36,743 bases of DNA from Pseudomonadota bacterium (GTDB taxonomy: Bacteria; Pseudomonadota; Alphaproteobacteria; Rhizobiales; Methyloligellaceae), in assembly GCA_046724315.1 (NCBI GenBank), contig JBKOWI010000067.1, positions 1 to 36,743 on the forward strand. Reading direction: 5' to 3'. Both the position numbers and the translations under genes were made by a program. Positions within the stretch are counted from its first letter, which is position 1; each line of letters starts with the position of its first letter. Below, one piece after another: positions 30,474 to 36,743 of this stretch. The notes under the pieces are model-generated. The model ran no database searches. It was not told where the DNA came from and was given only the letters and a program-made list of their open reading frames with translations.

Positions 30474-31376
30474 TTGAGGGGTGGCATTCCAGATCCGGTC
30501 GAGCCGCTCGGTGCAACGAGGCGTGCTGGGCTCTGCTCTGGTGAGCTTGCGGGACGTTCCATCGCCCTGCTTGGCGTCGCCCTTTCAGCCGGCCTGCTCG
30601 TCGGCTGCGGCTCCTTGTGGGGCAAAAAGGAAATCGTCGAGAACAACGATCCTCCCGACGTCATCTACGGCAAGGCCGAGACGATGATCAACAAGGGCAG
30701 CTATGCCGACGCCGCCAAGGAATACGAGGAAGTCGACATCAATCACCCTTATTCGCAGGAAGCGCGCAAGGCGATCGTCATGGCGGCCTACGCTTATTAC
30801 AAGGCCGGCAAATATGACGACGCCATCTCGGCCGCCGACCGCTACCTCACCCTCCATCCCGGCACGCCCGAGTCGGACCTCGCCCAGAACATCATTGGCA
30901 TGTCCTATTACGTTCAAGTGCTCGATCCGAAACGCGATCAGAGCACCGCGCGAAAGGCCCTCAACGCCTACGAGCAGTTGCTTCAGCGCTATCCGAGTTC
31001 GCGCTATGCGGACGAGGCGCAAAACCGAGTGCGCATCCTGCGCGATCTGCTTGCCGCGAGCGAGATGACGGTGGGCCGTTACTACCTGCGGCATAACAAT
31101 TATCTCGCCGCCATCAATCGCTTCCGCGTGGTGGTGAGCGACTACCAGACCACCGAGCAGGTGGAAGAAGCCTTGATGCGTCTGACCGAGGCCTATATGG
31201 CGTTGGGCATCGTCAACGAGGCCGAAACTGCGGCCGCCGTGCTTGGCCACAACTTCCCGGACAGCAAATGGTACAACCACGCCTACAGTCTTCTGCAGAA
31301 GAACGGCGCACAGCCGCAGGAGCACGAGGGGTCGTGGATCACCCAAACCTGGAGAGGCAACGGCAAGCCGGCCTGA
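30474..31376 (+). CDS. bamD: Outer membrane protein assembly factor BamD (lipoprotein)
   Basis: Lipobox LVG|C, TPR repeats, RDQ, GRYY and AAINRF, AAAVLGHNFPDSKWY. TTG start after GGGGGG is uncertain. Confidence 0.93.
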   Translation: MRGGIPDPVEPLGATRRAGLCSGELAGRSIALLGVALSAGLLVGCGSLWGKKEIVENNDPPDVIYGKAETMINKGSYADAAKEYEEVDINHPYSQEARKAIVMAAYAYYKAGKYDDAISAADRYLTLHPGTPESDLAQNIIGMSYYVQVLDPKRDQSTARKALNAYEQLLQRYPSSRYADEAQNRVRILRDLLAASEMTVGRYYLRHNNYLAAINRFRVVVSDYQTTEQVEEALMRLTEAYMALGIVNEAETAAAVLGHNFPDSKWYNHAYSLLQKNGAQPQEHEGSWITQTWRGNGKPA

Positions 31377-31386
31377 TCCATCCGCC

Positions 31387-33066
31387 ATGCTAGCCGCGCT
31401 GTCGATCCGCGACATCGTTCTGATCGACAAACTCGATCTCGAATTCGGCCCAGGTCTTTCGGCGCTGACCGGGGAAACCGGTGCCGGCAAATCGATTTTG
31501 CTCGACGCGTTCTCCCTTGCCATCGGCGGGCGTGGCGATGCCGCGCTGGTGCGGCGGGGTGCTACACAAGGCCAGGTGACCGCGAGCTTCGATCTTGCGC
31601 CAAGCCATCCTGTATTTGAGCTCCTCGCCACCAATGGGCTTGAGCCACAAGACGGACTCATCCTGCGTCGCATTCAGGGGGCCGACGGCCGGAGCCGCGC
31701 CTTCGTCAACGACATCGGCGTGAGTGTCCAGCTCTTGCGCCAGGTCGGGCAGGCGTTGGTCGAGATCCACGGGCAGCATGATGATCGCGCGCTGATCGAT
31801 CCAAGCGGCCATCGCGACCTGGTTGATGCGTTCGGCGGCCTGACGAGCGACGCTAGCTGCGTGGCCGAGGCCTATGCAGCCTGGCAGGCTGCCGAAGTCG
31901 AGAGGGCACGTCATGAGAACGAAATCGCAGCCTCTCGTGCCAATGCCGACTATCTGAGCCACGCGCTCGAGGAGCTTCGCCAGCTCGATCCTGAGCAGGG
32001 GGAGGAGGAAGCGCTTGCTGCGCGGCGTCAGCTGATGATGAATGCGGAGAAGATCGCTGCCGAGCTCAACGAGGCGATCGACGCCTTGCTAGGGGAGGGC
32101 ACCTCGGGCGCGCGGCTCGCCGCAAGCCTCCGCCGCATCGAGCGCCAGGCCCAAGCCGCAGGTCCTGTGTTGACTCTGGTCGCAGAGGCGCTTGAGCGCG
32201 TGCTCGCCGAGACTGACACGGCGCGGGCACGAATCGAAGAGGCGCTTGCGCTCACCGCGTTCGAACCCAAGGGGCTCGAGCGTACGGAGGAACGGCTGTT
32301 TGCGCTCCGTGGCCTCGCCCGCAAGCACAAGGTCCTGGTTGACGACCTGCCGGCCTTGATGGGCCGCCTCGAAACCGAGCTTTCAGCGATCGATCAAAGC
32401 GAGACGCGGAGCGCTGAGCTCGCCCGCGCCGCAGAGACCGCACGCAAGAGCTACGAGAGATTGGCGCTCGATTTGAGCAAGGCGCGTGCCAAGGCGGCGC
32501 AGCGCCTCGACATAGAGGTCATGGTCGAGCTCGGCCCCCTCAAGCTCGACAAGGCGAGCTTCATTACCAATATAGAGACTGTTTCCCTCACCGAGGGCGG
32601 CCCGAGCGGCGTCGACCGGGTGGCCTTCTTCGTCAGGACGAATCCCGGCACCGAGCCTGGGCCTTTGATGAAGGTCGCCTCTGGCGGCGAGCTTGCGCGG
32701 TTCATCCTTGCGCTGAAGGTTGTGCTAGCTGCCCGCGGCTCTGCGCCGACTCTGGTGTTCGATGAGGCCGACGCCGGAGTGGGTGGCGCGACAGCGGCTG
32801 CCGTCGGCGAGCGGCTCGCCAAACTTGCCGCCCGCGTCCAAGTGCTTGCCGTGACCCACGCCCCGCAGGTTGCCGCCGTCGCGCACGGTCATCTCCTGAT
32901 CGCCAAGGAAGCGGTGCGCGGCCCGGAAGGGGAAGCCATGGCGACGCGGGTCGCCGTGCTCGAAGGTCCGCATCGCCGGGAGGAAATCGCGCGCATGCTC
33001 GCCGGCCAGACCATCACCGACGAAGCGCGCGCTGCGGCCGACCGGCTGATGAGCCGGTCTGCATGA
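31387..33066 (+). CDS. recN: DNA repair protein RecN
   Basis: TGETGAGKS, EIHGQH, ASGGE, FDE, VTHAPQVAA and EEIARML. Confidence 0.97.
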   Translation: MLAALSIRDIVLIDKLDLEFGPGLSALTGETGAGKSILLDAFSLAIGGRGDAALVRRGATQGQVTASFDLAPSHPVFELLATNGLEPQDGLILRRIQGADGRSRAFVNDIGVSVQLLRQVGQALVEIHGQHDDRALIDPSGHRDLVDAFGGLTSDASCVAEAYAAWQAAEVERARHENEIAASRANADYLSHALEELRQLDPEQGEEEALAARRQLMMNAEKIAAELNEAIDALLGEGTSGARLAASLRRIERQAQAAGPVLTLVAEALERVLAETDTARARIEEALALTAFEPKGLERTEERLFALRGLARKHKVLVDDLPALMGRLETELSAIDQSETRSAELARAAETARKSYERLALDLSKARAKAAQRLDIEVMVELGPLKLDKASFITNIETVSLTEGGPSGVDRVAFFVRTNPGTEPGPLMKVASGGELARFILALKVVLAARGSAPTLVFDEADAGVGGATAAAVGERLAKLAARVQVLAVTHAPQVAAVAHGHLLIAKEAVRGPEGEAMATRVAVLEGPHRREEIARMLAGQTITDEARAAADRLMSRSA

Positions 33067-33069
33067 TGA

Positions 33070-35220
<2,151 letters not shown>

Positions 35221-35229
35221 AGGTCGGCA

Positions 35230-35484
35230 CTACCCGTACTTCAGCTTCATAGCGATGATGGCGAGCGCAAGCGCAATCGTGATCGCATTGGAGATGATGA
35301 TCGGCCAGTTGCCGATCAGGCAGCCGAACAGGAGCCAAAGTGCCACGCCGGCGGCGAAGGCTACGTACATAAAGAGCGAGATCGCCTTCGTCTCCTTGTG
35401 ACGGATGATGTGCAGCGCCTGCGGCACGAAGGCGGCCGTGGTAAGCGTGGCCGCCGCGGCGGAGACGAGAATCTCGGTCGACAT
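35230..35484 (-). CDS. SemiSWEET (PQ-loop) sugar transporter
   Basis: 84 aa with three TM helices. LTT.AF.PQ, T.AIS and W..G...WPII.SN motifs. Confidence 0.9.
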   Translation of the reverse strand: MSTEILVSAAAATLTTAAFVPQALHIIRHKETKAISLFMYVAFAAGVALWLLFGCLIGNWPIIISNAITIALALAIIAMKLKYG

Positions 35485-35524
35485 GTCTTCCGCCTCTTAA
35501 GGACCTTTCGGGCACCCTAACATT

Positions 35525-35554
35525 GTCATGGCCGGGCTTGGCCCGGCCATCCAC
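35525..35554. repeat. Single REP-like palindrome
   Basis: GTCATGGCCGGGCTTGGCCCGGCCATCCAC, with a perfect 10-bp stem ATGGCCGGGC/GCCCGGCCAT. Confidence 0.75.
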
Positions 35555-35587
35555 GATTTTCATGCAATGGCACAGCCCAAGCCAGTA

Positions 35588-36743
35588 TCAGCCGATTGGT
35601 GCCGTGGCGTGGCGGAGCCAAGCGCGGTCATTGCTTAAGAGTTGCGGCTCGATCTCGCGCCTGATGCGCGCGTGATAAGCGTTGAGCCATTCGCGCTCGA
35701 ATGCAAGCAGCTGCTTGGGATCGATAAGGCGGCGATCGAAGGGGACGAGGGTCAGCGTCTCAAATCCCATCATTTCGCGCGAGCCACCTGGGATCTTCTC
35801 CGGCGGCGTCACCAGCACGAGGTTCTCGAGTCGGATGCCGTACTGGCCTTCAAGATAAAGACCCGGCTCGTTGGACAGGATCATGCCTGGCTCAAGCTCC
35901 ACCGTTCCGAGCCGCGACAGCCGCTGCGGGCCTTCATGTACGCAAAGATAGCTGCCGACGCCGTGGCCGGTGCCGTGGTCGAAGTCGAGCCCCGCCTCCC
36001 ACAGCGGCTTGCGGGCGAACGGATCGAGGTCTTGACCGCGCGTTCCCTTGGGAAAGCGCGCCGTGGCAATGGCGATATGTGCCTTCAGCAGCAGCCCGTA
36101 ATGGCGACGCATCTCGGCTGTCGGAGCACCGATGGCGATTGTGCGCGTCACATCGGTGGTGCCGTCGCGATACTGCGCGCCAGAATCGATGAGATAGAGC
36201 GAGCCCTTCTGCAGCGTGCGCTTGTTCTTGGTGGTGGGCCGGTAATGGACGATGGCGCCGTTAGGGCCGACCGCCGAGATCGTGTCGAAGCTGATATCTC
36301 TGAGCTGGCCGGATTGGCGGCGGCACTCTTCGAGCTTGAGCGCCGCGGCGATCTCATCGATTCGGCCCATCTCGCCCACCTCGTCGAGCCAGGCGAGGAA
36401 GCGCGCCATGGCCACGGCGTCGCGCAGATGGGCGGTGTGCGCCCCCTTGATCTCGATCTCGTTCTTGATGGCCTTGGGGTGAAGGCATGGGTCTGCTCCG
36501 GCCACGAACTTGGCGCCTTCCGCCTCGAGCAATTGGCCGAAGCGGATCGGCGCCGTCTCGGGGTCCAGCCGCACGCGCGCTTTCTCCTGCCCGAGCGCCT
36601 TAAGCCTGCCTTCGAGCGCTGCAGGCTCGGCGAGGTCGACATAATCACCGAGGGCGCCCTTCACGTTATCGCCAACCTTCTCTGGATCGATGAACAGGGT
36701 CGGCCGCCCGTTGGCCGGCACGATCGCGTAAGCCAGCGCCACC
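35588..36743 (-). CDS. Xaa-Pro aminopeptidase (aminopeptidase P, M24B), 5' part outside the window
   Basis: SFDTIS, DSGAQY.DGTTDVTRT, HGTGHGVG, VHEGP, SNEPG and GIRLEN. Confidence 0.95.
   Translation of the reverse strand, partial: VALAYAIVPANGRPTLFIDPEKVGDNVKGALGDYVDLAEPAALEGRLKALGQEKARVRLDPETAPIRFGQLLEAEGAKFVAGADPCLHPKAIKNEIEIKGAHTAHLRDAVAMARFLAWLDEVGEMGRIDEIAAALKLEECRRQSGQLRDISFDTISAVGPNGAIVHYRPTTKNKRTLQKGSLYLIDSGAQYRDGTTDVTRTIAIGAPTAEMRRHYGLLLKAHIAIATARFPKGTRGQDLDPFARKPLWEAGLDFDHGTGHGVGSYLCVHEGPQRLSRLGTVELEPGMILSNEPGLYLEGQYGIRLENLVLVTPPEKIPGGSREMMGFETLTLVPFDRRLIDPKQLLAFEREWLNAYHARIRREIEPQLLSNDRAWLRHATAPIG

Overview
GC-rich alphaproteobacterial chromosome segment, probably Hyphomicrobiales/Rhizobiales (inferred from gene order and protein features). 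From about 9.9 to 35.2 kb it carries an intact division and cell-wall (dcw) cluster: mraZ-rsmH-ftsL-ftsI-murE-murF-mraY-murD-ftsW-murG-murC-murB-ddl-ftsQ-ftsA-ftsZ-lpxC-bamD-recN-ligA. A convergent SemiSWEET gene and a partial aminopeptidase P gene follow. The first 9.7 kb holds djlA, an Amidase_2 amidase and the RNase P RNA gene (rnpB), plus two accessory blocks. Block 1 is a Crp/Fnr regulator upstream of an uncharacterised secreted protein (Cys-containing YHS-like domain plus a tandem-duplicated unknown domain). That gene's promoter has a CRP-type box at the class II (-41.5) position, and this pair is the best candidate for an undescribed system. Block 2 is a decaying patch after rnpB: DUF1328, a katG 3' stub, an aquaporin, a frameshifted flavin monooxygenase resembling tetracycline destructases, a PQQ-dehydrogenase 3' stub and a lipoprotein alpha/beta hydrolase. 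Non-coding signals include 10-bp-phased MraZ-type repeats over the mraZ promoter, CtrA-like boxes, three related palindromic REP-like elements and a G-quadruplex-capable lpxC start region. I found no CRISPR array, tRNA/rRNA, integrase or transposase. All family assignments come from motif recognition by eye, not from database searches.
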